IMG/VR virus record: IMGVR_UViG_3300043443_000866
Span: 1-39,303 of that record
DNA from: a virus
Taxonomy: Duplodnaviria > Caudoviricetes
Length of the DNA: 39,303 bases
Direction: 5' to 3' (one strand)
Position numbers and translations under genes: made by a program
Notes under the pieces: model-generated
What the model was told of the DNA's origin: nothing
The model's database searches: none
What the model saw: the letters and a program-made list of their open reading frames with translations, nothing else
Shown here: positions 1 to 9,700 of the stretch, in pieces
Layout of the letters: every line of letters starts with the position of its first letter
Position numbering within the stretch: the first letter of the stretch is position 1

Positions 1-13
1 AGGATTTTTATCG

Positions 14-54
14 CTGGGTTAAATGAGTGACACATTGTCACTCATTTAACCCAG
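14..54. repeat. Perfect 19-bp inverted repeat (CTGGGTTAAATGAGTGACA-cat-TGTCACTCATTTAACCCAG)
   Basis: Arms 14-32 and 36-54 are exact reverse complements, read directly from the sequence. Confidence 0.95.
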
Positions 55-62
55 TTTGTCGA
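34..62 (-). promoter_or_regulatory. Putative sigma70 promoter firing leftwards out of the window, overlapped by the inverted repeat
   Basis: Minus strand TCGACA (62-57), 17-bp spacer, GACAAT (39-34). Confidence 0.4.
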
Positions 63-122
63 GTTGGGTTCACTAACAATTCCACCGTTTTGGCTGGACT
101 TTTGTAGACACCAAAGCTGAAA

Positions 123-605
123 CTAGACTCGCATTAGTGCTGTCTGAGCGTCATCCAGTAATGCAGCCTCGGCTTCCCGCCTCAGCACCAGCCCAGATAG
201 CACTCTTCCGCCGCCGTAAACCCAGCGACGTAACTCCTGCGCCGCACCTGGCCAGTCACGCTGATTGACCCGCCTCCTAAGCGTTGATGCCTGCAACCTA
301 CCGGCTCCAAGGTTGAACGTGAAATCCACAATGGCCGCAAGCCGACCCTCCGACTCGGTGGCCAGTACGGGGCAGTAGCGCAGCGTGGCCTTCAGCGCGT
401 CGGCCATGTCAGCAGCAAGATAAGCCTCGCCCTGTTCCATAGTGATCGGCGGATGCTTGGGATCGCAAAGATGGCCGAATCCGATGGTCCAAAACCCTGC
501 CGGACAGACATATGGGTAGGCACGATCAGGGTCTGACTTGGGCACCCGGCAGAACCCCTCGAACCGCTTGGCCAGGTCGATCGCCGCCTGCGGCACTTCA
601 ATCAC
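123..605 (-). CDS. Phage endolysin, GH24 lysozyme
   Basis: FEG...CPAGFWTIGFGH, FNLGAG and LVLRREAEAAL motifs; last gene of the late operon. Confidence 0.95.
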   Translation of the reverse strand: MIEVPQAAIDLAKRFEGFCRVPKSDPDRAYPYVCPAGFWTIGFGHLCDPKHPPITMEQGEAYLAADMADALKATLRYCPVLATESEGRLAAIVDFTFNLGAGRLQASTLRRRVNQRDWPGAAQELRRWVYGGGRVLSGLVLRREAEAALLDDAQTALMRV

Positions 606-1078
606 GGCAGAACCTTGTCAAATACGCGGCCCAAGAACCAGAAGTTCAGCACCCCGGCCCATAGCGCCTGGTCGGCTTCAGTCCAGGCATGTAGAACTGC
701 CGTACCCCAGTCGGAACCGGCAGATAAAGCAGCCGCAAATGCCGCCGACTTCGCCGCACAGTACAGCGCCATAAACCAGTAGGTGATCACTGGGCGCACA
801 GTGCTGGAAAGCGCATCGGCCCAAGCCACACCGGTTTTCTCACCCTGAGTGCGCACAGCATCGCGAAGGGTTTCGATTGCGCCTGTATCCCATGCGCCGT
901 TGGCAGCCGCGCCGATCTCGGACATGCGCTGGGCACCTCGCAGCTTTTCGAACTCGAGCGCCTTGTCCTGCATGGCCAACTCATGACCACGCTCACCTTG
1001 GCGATCAAACCACTTCAGGACCTCGGGGGCTAGGCGGAAAGCGCCGCCCAACAATCCGCCTAATAGTGTCTCGATCAT
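602..1078 (-). CDS. Holin-like membrane protein
   Basis: Hydrophobic N-terminus, VRPVITY segment and C-terminal FWFLGR like 3TM GTA-type holins; ATGA-coupled to the endolysin. Confidence 0.65.
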   Translation of the reverse strand: MIETLLGGLLGGAFRLAPEVLKWFDRQGERGHELAMQDKALEFEKLRGAQRMSEIGAAANGAWDTGAIETLRDAVRTQGEKTGVAWADALSSTVRPVITYWFMALYCAAKSAAFAAALSAGSDWGTAVLHAWTEADQALWAGVLNFWFLGRVFDKVLP

Positions 1079-1374
1079 TGGGGACCTCCCATCAGACGCA
1101 ACTTAATGGCGATACCGACCAAAAGTGCTGCCAGCACACCGGTGGTCAGAACCTTGACCGTGGTCTGCCAAACCGTCCTGCGCGCTTCACGCCACGCATC
1201 GATAAGACCCCTCAGGTCACGGATGTCTCGGGCTGCGTGCCCGTTTTCAAGGCCAAGGCAGGCCAATGCACGCTCAGCCCCCCGCTCTGCTGCTCGGGTG
1301 AGCAGCTCATCGAGGTCATCTGGGCGCAGATTCAAGGTTTCGGAACGTTGGACAACACTAGATTCTTCTGTCAT
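1075..1374 (-). CDS. DUF6127-like small membrane protein of the lysis cassette
   Basis: RAAERGAERALACLGL...DIRDLRGL and one C-terminal TM helix; start moved to MTEESS (ATG at 1374), downstream of the terminator. Confidence 0.75.
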   Translation of the reverse strand: MTEESSVVQRSETLNLRPDDLDELLTRAAERGAERALACLGLENGHAARDIRDLRGLIDAWREARRTVWQTTVKVLTTGVLAALLVGIAIKLRLMGGPQ

Positions 1375-1389
1375 GAGATTCCCAGAATT

Positions 1390-1432
1390 AAAAAAGCCCG
1401 CACAGAAGCTCAAAGGAGAGCACCATGCGGGC
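1390..1432 (-). terminator. Putative intrinsic terminator upstream of the lysis cassette
   Basis: GCCCGCA...TGCGGGC stem followed by a U6 tract on the minus strand. Confidence 0.6.
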
Positions 1433-1534
1433 AGGCGATGAAACTGTTTGATTGGTTTTCGGCTAATTTGAAGCGCTTATCAAATCGTTGCTTCTATAGA
1501 CACTCATTGGAGTGCGTTTTGAGCACTTGGAGGG

Positions 1535-1723
1535 TCATTCGTCAGGCATTGCATAAATGACTTCACGCTCGGCTTGCAGGATAGAAAGCGCCGCACTGTA
1601 AGCGTTGCTCTCGCCGTTATGAGCTGCCGTGATTTCGCTCGATGTGAATACAGATTCAAGTCCATCAATCTTTGACTTGTTGTCGGTTAGCAGGCAGATT
1701 TTTTTCAGTGTCTGATCGTTCAT
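1535..1723 (-). CDS. Hypothetical protein downstream of tail fibre
   Basis: 62-aa ORF with an AGGAGA RBS, 12 bp after the fibre stop. Confidence 0.65.
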   Translation of the reverse strand: MNDQTLKKICLLTDNKSKIDGLESVFTSSEITAAHNGESNAYSAALSILQAEREVIYAMPDE

Positions 1724-1735
1724 ATCGTTCTCCTG

Positions 1736-3355
1736 TTACCAGTTTGTGTACTGGATTTGCAAATATCCCGAATTCCCAGTACCACCAGAAACTACGTTGC
1801 CGAACTGGCCTTGGCCAGCTTGGGGGCCTGAGAGCCAACCGCCTGCGCCGCCACCAGCAGGCCCCGTGCCACCGTAATCAGAAGAACGAACGGCACCACC
1901 GCCGCCCGCGCCATACCCATACCCACCTTTACCACCGTAACCAGGAACCGAATCGGAGCCAGCAATACCAGGAGCACCACCTGTGTTGTAAGGCGTACCT
2001 CCACCACCATAATTTCCCGTCCCGCTGGAAACGCCGTCACCACCGTTTCGACCACCAACGCCACCGGTAGAAAGGCCAGATTGCGACTTTCCACCTTGAC
2101 CGCCTGCACACGTAAGCGTCGTGCCACCTATAGTTATCGTTGTCGAACTCCCGGCAGTTCCATCAGCCCAGCTACCACCACTTCCACCATTACCAACAGC
2201 GTAAGAAATTGACTGTCCAGCCGTCACGGTGAATGTTTGGCTATTGATGTACCCAGAGCCACCCCCACCACACGCGCTACCTGGCGCACCAGCACCGCCG
2301 CCGCCGCCGCCAATGCCCGTCACTAGCACCTGGCCGGAATATGCGCTGCTAATCGTTGATGTTCCACTGCCGCTGAAAAACTGCACTGCGGTAAGGGCAG
2401 CCGGAGAACCTACAACAGGTCGATCAGTTCCGGCAACTACAACAAAGCGGTAGTAATAAGCAGATGCTCGGGTGGATAAGCCCGGCAAATTTGATGCAGC
2501 GATTGAAGTAGCAGTGCTCTCATAAGTCACCGTTGTGAAATTTATTGAGGTCGAAAACTGCGTGGCGATCGTCGCAGAATTAGCACCAGTGACGGCATTG
2601 GTAACTTGCAAGTTTGTCGTACTTGGATCGTAGATGGCTGTGCTTGTATTGAGCGCCAATGAACTTGTTGGCATTGGAAGTTGCACAGTTGTAGTGGTGA
2701 TGATTGCACCAGAACCTGCGGTGGTAGTTTGCACGTAATAAGCCGTACCAGTTGTGAAGCCGGGCATCGAAGCATATGTCACAGAATCCAGATATCCAGT
2801 ATTGGATGAAAGAGTCACCGATGTGTTCGCTACCGGATTCGACATATCTGCGTTTGCAGAAATCTTCACAGCCACTGATGAAGCTGTTCCTGTTGCTCCG
2901 TATGTAAATCCAAAGCGGAAGTTTGTCGAATTCAAAAACTGGGAAGTGACTGCTACTGATGCAGTCCGAACAAGGCTAATCCCGTTCGACCAGGCAGAGA
3001 CCTCGGTAGCTGAAGAGATATACCGAACCCTTGCATAAAAAGCTCCAGCGAGTTGAGGAATCGAACCTGAGGGGACTACAAGCGAAGTCTTTGAACTGGT
3101 TGATGGAAGGTCATAAAACACATTCACAAATGACGGGTCACTGGCCAGTTGCCACTGTGACCCTGCATGTGTATCAGTGTTATAAACAAAGAAAGCAGAG
3201 CTGTTCAGCGTTGGCGTGAAACTCGTTATGACGCTGCCGCTTGAAGGACTTGTAATTGTTGGCTGCGAAGGTTGGCGGCCTGCTTGTGATGTCAATGTGG
3301 TCACTGTCCCTTGAACAGTAACAATGTCAGGACTACCGCTGATTTTTCTTCCCAT
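1736..3355 (-). CDS. Tail fibre / receptor-binding protein with FN3-like repeats and a glycine-rich C-terminal domain
   Basis: Ser/Thr-rich beta repeats, GGGGGG/GGGGSG glycine-rich tail, position after the tail tip genes. Confidence 0.75.
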   Translation of the reverse strand: MGRKISGSPDIVTVQGTVTTLTSQAGRQPSQPTITSPSSGSVITSFTPTLNSSAFFVYNTDTHAGSQWQLASDPSFVNVFYDLPSTSSKTSLVVPSGSIPQLAGAFYARVRYISSATEVSAWSNGISLVRTASVAVTSQFLNSTNFRFGFTYGATGTASSVAVKISANADMSNPVANTSVTLSSNTGYLDSVTYASMPGFTTGTAYYVQTTTAGSGAIITTTTVQLPMPTSSLALNTSTAIYDPSTTNLQVTNAVTGANSATIATQFSTSINFTTVTYESTATSIAASNLPGLSTRASAYYYRFVVVAGTDRPVVGSPAALTAVQFFSGSGTSTISSAYSGQVLVTGIGGGGGGAGAPGSACGGGGSGYINSQTFTVTAGQSISYAVGNGGSGGSWADGTAGSSTTITIGGTTLTCAGGQGGKSQSGLSTGGVGGRNGGDGVSSGTGNYGGGGTPYNTGGAPGIAGSDSVPGYGGKGGYGYGAGGGGAVRSSDYGGTGPAGGGAGGWLSGPQAGQGQFGNVVSGGTGNSGYLQIQYTNW

Positions 3356-3358
3356 TTT

Positions 3359-3670
3359 TTACTCCTCGAATCCGCAAACGTTCACGCTCACACCAGTCGA
3401 ACTGGCGTAAATCACAAGATTTTTCCCAGCACTGGCCACAATGCCGGTACGCTCCAAAACGCCGTTTGGCGGAATGGTTGCGTCATACTCAAAATACTCA
3501 CTATTTGAAGGAGACCCACTCGCGCAGATCGCTAGCCGAGCTGTGACGTTGGCCCCCGTACGGTTCAATACATTCACATTGAAGGTGGCCACCTTTGAAG
3601 CTGGCACCGTGTAGACGGTTGTATTTGTGGTGGCCGCGAGATCGGCCTGTCCAAGCGTTCCCGATGACAT
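3359..3670 (-). CDS. Small virion / fibre-associated protein
   Basis: 103-aa beta-rich ORF (TTVYTVPA...LERTGIV...VNVCGFEE) tightly packed within the fibre cluster. Confidence 0.7.
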   Translation of the reverse strand: MSSGTLGQADLAATTNTTVYTVPASKVATFNVNVLNRTGANVTARLAICASGSPSNSEYFEYDATIPPNGVLERTGIVASAGKNLVIYASSTGVSVNVCGFEE

Positions 3671-3682
3671 ATTCGGTTTTCC

Positions 3683-4372
3683 TTATGATTGACTTAGAAA
3701 ATATTGGCGTCCAGCGATGCCGACCCACGAGGTAGTCGCGCCATTTGTCGTTAGAGATTTGCCACTGTTGCCGGATTGGGAGGGATACACCTCAGTCCAG
3801 CTTGCCGAAGATCCGTCTGTAACCAGTGCTTTACCTCCGTAGCCTGATTGAGACGGAAGCATTGGCGGTGAAGATGGTGAAACCACCCAAGATGAAGCGG
3901 CCCCACTTCCACCCGTGGCAGTCACGATCACTGTCATAACGCCAGTGGCTGAATTAAATGCAGAGATAGCACCAACCATCCAGTTGGCAGTACTTGAAGC
4001 GCTGACGATTTGCACAAATTGGCCAGCAACAAAGCTCTTACCTGTTTGCGAGAGTGAAAGAGTCACGGAACCAGAACTGATCGTGATACTCGTGGCACTG
4101 GTGGCATTCGTGCCCGGGGCATTTAAGGCTGTGGCAGCACTGGCTGCGGCTTGATTTGCGTATGTGTAGGAGTTACTAGCCTGAAGCGTTGCCGCAGTCA
4201 CTTGCGAAGAAGCCTGTGAAAGTGCTCCATTCATGCAGGTGATCACCTGAGATAGCGAGGGCACAAAGCGAACTCTGTGACCACCATTAGCAAGACCCGT
4301 ATTTACATTGGCGTCATCAGTGACAGTTGTGCCATCACCCCCAAGGTTCGTCGGAAAGGTTACCGTTGCCAT
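3683..4372 (-). CDS. Tail-associated / fibre-anchoring protein
   Basis: Ala/Ser/Thr-rich, two PSQSG..GK.L.T.G...SW repeats, coupled to the upstream tail gene. Confidence 0.7.
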   Translation of the reverse strand: MATVTFPTNLGGDGTTVTDDANVNTGLANGGHRVRFVPSLSQVITCMNGALSQASSQVTAATLQASNSYTYANQAAASAATALNAPGTNATSATSITISSGSVTLSLSQTGKSFVAGQFVQIVSASSTANWMVGAISAFNSATGVMTVIVTATGGSGAASSWVVSPSSPPMLPSQSGYGGKALVTDGSSASWTEVYPSQSGNSGKSLTTNGATTSWVGIAGRQYFLSQS

Positions 4373-5235
4373 TACAGCAGCTCCTTGACTTCAAAATCGA
4401 GTGAATAAGTGGTCGGGTTGGGTTGTTTGATTGAACCCAACTGACGCAGTCGACCTACAAATGAGCGCTGTGGTTGCTGTGTGATATTCGAACCACCATC
4501 TGGCATCACAAGAATTTCACCGCTGACGCCAGCTAAGCGCTGAAGGTCGAGTGCATAGTTATATGCCTCGGTGTCGGTGATGTAAGGCAGGCTAAATTGC
4601 ATTACTCGAAACTTTGATCTGACATCAAAATATTCAGCACCGGACAAAGATGTATCTACAGGCGTCGGGTCTTGGAAACCCAATCCGGAGCCATACGAGT
4701 AATTAACAGTTGGAGTCCAGCCGCGAGCCATGAATAGCCGTCCGATCTGGACATAACCATCACTGTTACCGGCGTCGACAATCTCTACACGCCAATAGCG
4801 CATGTTCTTGATGATCGACAGCTTATGGATAAAGGGAGCCTGGTAGCCAGCACGCGCCTGTTGCGAGATGGTGCCAAGCCAAAAATTGTCATCCTCCCAT
4901 TCGAGTAGCTCCAAGGGAATTACGCCAGAAGGCCATACAGACACATTCCCACTGTCGTAATACAGCGTCGAAAAGGAAGCTGAATCACTGGCAGTAATTC
5001 GCACAGTGCCAGCAACGCTGATGTTGTGCACAACCAATGCAACAACGCCAATTGACTTTGCGGATCCAAGATCAACATCGAATTTTGTTGCCGAAGCAGC
5101 GGCACCATTGGTTCGCGCTACTTTTTGTACTTGGCGATTTTGTAAATTCGTCAACGGCAATGTGGATAGCCAAGAACCATTTGATAGCGTTCCCTCGTCC
5201 GTGCGGTTTTGCCACGCCAAAAAAATATTAGCCAT
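4372..5235 (-). CDS. Tail tip protein
   Basis: 287 aa with RYWRVEI...YVQIGRLF pattern; second gene after the tape measure. Confidence 0.7.
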   Translation of the reverse strand: MANIFLAWQNRTDEGTLSNGSWLSTLPLTNLQNRQVQKVARTNGAAASATKFDVDLGSAKSIGVVALVVHNISVAGTVRITASDSASFSTLYYDSGNVSVWPSGVIPLELLEWEDDNFWLGTISQQARAGYQAPFIHKLSIIKNMRYWRVEIVDAGNSDGYVQIGRLFMARGWTPTVNYSYGSGLGFQDPTPVDTSLSGAEYFDVRSKFRVMQFSLPYITDTEAYNYALDLQRLAGVSGEILVMPDGGSNITQQPQRSFVGRLRQLGSIKQPNPTTYSLDFEVKELL

Positions 5236-5236
5236 C

Positions 5237-6796
5237 TCAGCCCCAAAGCGTTAGGTCGAATTGATATCCACGCATGTTTGTGCGAATACCAATAATTAGA
5301 AATTTCTTGCCCGCGCTCATTCCAAATCGATTGATCTGTAAGGTGACAATCTTTCCAATGTCCAAGACTGCCGCCAGTGCTGCATCTACCCTGATAGTCA
5401 CCTGGTACATATCCCGCCTGGACTTGTAAATGGTCAGTCTTCGCGCAGCTTCAGATTGCGCGTCTGACTCAGTGGTCAGTTGGGTGTCAAACTCAAGCTC
5501 GGGGCTCGTCAGATTTGCTGTTTTCACTGACGCATCGGTGCTCTCAGCCCTTCGGTACTCATCTGAAAGATAAGATTTCCGGGCATCATTAACAGACGCA
5601 GTGAGGTCGTTCTGCACGTTGTAAATGCGCTGATACCCGATCTTTACCTTCCATGCTGGAACACCCACTCCAGGATCGCGGCTGGCCACTCTTTCTATCC
5701 TGAGAATGTCGGTCGCGGTGATCGTGCCGACCGCAGCTCCTGTTGGAACTGCAATCTGACCAATCCTAAAAACACCATAAGAATCACAGCCATACCATGC
5801 ACCTACGCTTGCACAAAGATCATCAAGTAATTGAAGCGGGGTGATGTCGCTGTCGTGGGGGGCAAAGACTCCGGTTTCATAAGGTGCCACAGAGTCGAGT
5901 GCAGAAATATCGGTGGCTGATATATCGCCAGAAGATATTCCTGAAGCGAGCAAAATTTGATTGAAAATTTGTGCGACTGTTCTATTTGAAGTATTCACAC
6001 CCCGCTGCGCATCTACGGTGAAAGTTCCATTAGGCGCAAAACCTAATCGAACAAAACACCCTGCTGTCGCGTCGTTCCATACGCGGTACTGGCCTGCTGT
6101 CGGCGCATTTGTCTCCATGTCTACTTGAGATGAATATGCGGCACCAGGTGAAAGTAAATTTCCTCTGTCATATGCCGCAAGGACAGCATTCAATGCACTG
6201 CCTGCGTGAACTTGATAGATGCGGCGATCGGTATTCACTTGAGGGGGAGCTACATTGAAGACCTTCCCAAAAACTAACGGTTTTGGCTTTCCCTTCAAAT
6301 CACCGGCCACACCCTCAAGCCCATTTGGCAATGAGTTAGTTCCCGTATAACGAAGTTGCTGCAACGGTTTAGCAAGATCTTGCTGACGATCGCGAACCCG
6401 AATGGTCACCTTTTGCCATGACAACTCGGCTTGCTCCATCGTTCCCTTGATCACAGTAACCCACGAGACTGTTCCACCGCTATTGGGGAGCACTACGCCA
6501 AGTTTTATGGTGATAGCTCGCCCAGCAAAACTGTAATCAAGTAAGCCATCAAGCGCTCCGTCATTGTTTACAAGCACCATGTCCCCATAGCCGATCTGAG
6601 TTCGACCAGTAGTTTTGGCGTCACTGAAGCATGAACGACTGATATTTGCAGGCTGCTGAATGCGGCCGTCGTAAAAAGTGTTTGCCGGACTGTCTGTGGG
6701 GCCGGTGGTGTAACTTTGAGTCGAAAACCGCAGCGTGCGTGTTCCGCTGATGCTTGGGTCGTACACATCGACATCGGCGATGATGATTTGAGCCAT
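5237..6796 (-). CDS. Tail tip / hub protein
   Basis: 519 aa with KPKPLVFGKVFNV motif; overlaps the tape measure stop (TAATG). Confidence 0.7.
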   Translation of the reverse strand: MAQIIIADVDVYDPSISGTRTLRFSTQSYTTGPTDSPANTFYDGRIQQPANISRSCFSDAKTTGRTQIGYGDMVLVNNDGALDGLLDYSFAGRAITIKLGVVLPNSGGTVSWVTVIKGTMEQAELSWQKVTIRVRDRQQDLAKPLQQLRYTGTNSLPNGLEGVAGDLKGKPKPLVFGKVFNVAPPQVNTDRRIYQVHAGSALNAVLAAYDRGNLLSPGAAYSSQVDMETNAPTAGQYRVWNDATAGCFVRLGFAPNGTFTVDAQRGVNTSNRTVAQIFNQILLASGISSGDISATDISALDSVAPYETGVFAPHDSDITPLQLLDDLCASVGAWYGCDSYGVFRIGQIAVPTGAAVGTITATDILRIERVASRDPGVGVPAWKVKIGYQRIYNVQNDLTASVNDARKSYLSDEYRRAESTDASVKTANLTSPELEFDTQLTTESDAQSEAARRLTIYKSRRDMYQVTIRVDAALAAVLDIGKIVTLQINRFGMSAGKKFLIIGIRTNMRGYQFDLTLWG

Positions 6797-9700
6797 TAAG
6801 GTTTTGCTCCGCCGATGTCGTAGATATAGGTTGGCTGCGATTGCACCAAAGAGACCTTGTCGGCTGCACTACTCGCAGCAGAGCTTGCAGCCGCAGCGCT
6901 AGCCGCTGCAGATTGCGCTGCGGATACTGCGGCTTCGGCAACGGCTGCCATTCCATTAACTGCTCCCGCCAACACGTTGATCGCACTCGTAGTGGAATTT
7001 GCGCCAGCCCTCACAGACTCATTCAAATCAGAAAGTAGCGTGTTACCAACCTTTGCCGTAGATGCCAGGTCTCCAGTCGATTTTGCTGTTTGCTCTGCTG
7101 GAGTCAGCATTTTGTTGAGAATTTCAACCTGCGGTGCTGCGTCAAGCAGTTGCTTCATGGTGACATCGTTCGCTTTCATGTAGTCCGAAAGTTGAGCGAA
7201 CTGAGGGCCAAGATCGAGCAACTTCAAAAGCTGCTCTTGGCCTTGCTGGGAATTGACATCGCGTGTTTCCACCAACAGACGGAAATCCTCACGCGAAGCT
7301 AGGTTTGTGCCATCGATACCAACAGACTTAAGCGCATCGACGATGTTGCGTGCCTGCAAACCTGCTTGCTCGCCCTGGCTGTAATAGTCTTTGACGAATG
7401 CATTTGCTTTGGTAATCAGCGCATCAATACCGCCAGCCATACTAATAAGCGACTCACGTGCAGCGATGGAAGAATTTGCAATGGTTGTGAAAATACCGCC
7501 AAGGCTATTTATGGACTCACTGAACCCTTGGATCAATGCGAGTCGTTGCAAAGTTTCGATTAACGATTCGCCAGCTTTTTTAAATGGGAGCAATGTCTCT
7601 TGGAAGCCATTGGTGAGCGCTACCTGATACTGATCCAGAACGTCCAATATCGCTTGCTTATCTTTTTCTGCATCTCCGGTCAGCTTGGCCGTGAATGAGG
7701 TGGTAACGCTGGCTAATTGCTCTGCTGGCAGACCCAGTGCGTCTGCATAAGCCTTGGTCGATTCCAATATGGCTTGCGCACCGCTATTCATTGCTGACTG
7801 CAAGTCAGATGTAATTGCAGCGAAATCAGTACCGTTTCGATCGCTGCGAAACCAACCACCGTCTTGGTGCCAATTGGAAAATAGCTGCCCAGTAACAGCC
7901 CCACCTCCAACGCTTCCTTGCACTCCTGACGCGGTGACGTTTTTGTCACCCATACCAAAGGCAGCATTGAATAAGCCACCCAAGGCACCGCCCAGCACAG
8001 CGCCGAGCGGGCCAGCCACAGCCGCACCAATGGCCGTGCCAATTGCACTGCTGCTGGTGCCGCTCAAGCCGCCCACACTCTTGTCGCCAGCGATCAGGGA
8101 GCCAAGGCCAATGCCTGCCGCACCAGCGCCCAACCAGCCAAGAGCACCACCCGCCAAAGTGCCGACGCCGCCGCTGATGTTTCCCGCGCCGATAGCCGTC
8201 ATACCCGCGTCGTAAACGCCAGCCGTACCTGCTTCGCCAAAAATTCCAGTGAATCCGGCCTTCAAGCCACCGCCAAGAAAGCCAGTAGCACCACCAATCA
8301 TGCTGGCCAGCGATCCAGGAGTCGCCGCTGCAGCCGTGCCGCTTGCGCCCATGCCCACTGTGCCGAGAATCGCGCTCGATGCACCTTGCGCGATCGGCTG
8401 AATGATCGGGCGCAAGATCAGCGTCTTGAACATGTTGAAAAGCGTGTCACGCAAATTTGCGCCGAAGCTTTTTCCAGACTCAAAACCGCGCATCAGTGCA
8501 TCGGTCAAGCTGGTTTCGATGGTCTTGGCTGTCTTTTCCCACGCGTCCGCAGCTTCCTTGGCTGCTTGCAGGTGCACACCTTGCTCTTTTGCCTCAATAA
8601 GCTTTTTCAGTGCTTCCAGGGTATCTTGGTGCGCGATCGTTTCACGTGTACATAGCCCGAGGTATTCCTCCTGCTGACCGATTTGCGCGAGAGTTGCCGC
8701 TTCATCTTTCAGGCGAGCAATTTCGAGTTGCAATAGCTCTGCCTTGGTTTTGCCGATGGCGTCGTTTTCTTCCAGTTGCTTGCGCACCTTGTCCTCAATA
8801 GCTTGGACGTTTTTCTGCAGCGCATCGGTGTTTTTGATGTATTCCTTCCAAGCTTCCTCGCTGGCTTTGCGCAGGTCTTCTTGGACAGCTTTTGCCTGCT
8901 CGGCAGCCGTCAGTTGCTCCAGCAAGGCCTTCGTGTTGTCGCTGGTTGCGTCCTTGAGGCTGATGGTGCCTTTCTCGACCAGCTTGTTGATTTCGAGCTG
9001 CTGCTTTTGCGCCTCGGTCAGCTTGCCGCCCGATTCAGTTTCCAAATTGGTCGATGCAATTTTTTCTTTGATCGTCGCTACCAAGTCGTTGTATGCCTTG
9101 GTCTGCTTGTCTGCCGCTTCCTTGTTTCCGTTCATCACGTTGGTGAAGTCCAGCTTTGGCTTTGCCTCTTCCGAGGTTTGTCCCAGCCCTTTGACTTCCT
9201 CAAGGCGTGCGCGGAATTTTTGTCCGATCGTCTGATCACTCCACTGATCAGCTACTTCTGCTCCGACAGTCTTAAGTGCATTCCCCGCCGCCTCGAACTT
9301 GCCCTGGACTGCATAGAAGGTAGCCATCAAGGTACTGCCTAAGACAATGATCAAGGTATTAAATGCCCTGATCAGAATCTGAACTGCATCGAGAAGGTAT
9401 GACAAACCGACAATGGCGGCGTTTGTCCATTTCTGGATTGTTCCATCTGCGGTCAGCTGTCGAATTGTTTTCCGTAAACCTCCAGTGCCATTTGTCATTT
9501 CCAGCACTGCCTGACTCGCATCATTCAAGGCTGGCAACATGCCAAGTGAAAGCTCTTTTTTCCAACCTTCACCGCTGGCCTTCAATTTCGTCAGGTTATC
9601 GGTAAAGTTATCAGCCATTGCTGCCTGCTCGGAGGTCACTTTGGCTTGCAGCTCGCTGACCTCGTTAAGGTCTTTTAGGAACGGAATCAGCTTTGCACCT

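Noticed and set aside
14-54. Protelomerase (telRL) site of a linear plasmid prophage
   Set aside because: No protelomerase or ParA partition genes are present, the repeat has an unpaired 3-nt centre, and the element encodes an integrase.
80-112. Insertion sequence terminal repeat remnant (…TTTTGTAGACACC)
   Set aside because: Only a vague resemblance; no partner repeat or transposase in the window.
1736-3355. Diversity-generating retroelement or invertible fibre cassette
   Set aside because: No reverse transcriptase, no template/variable repeat pair and no inverted alternative fibre ends were seen.
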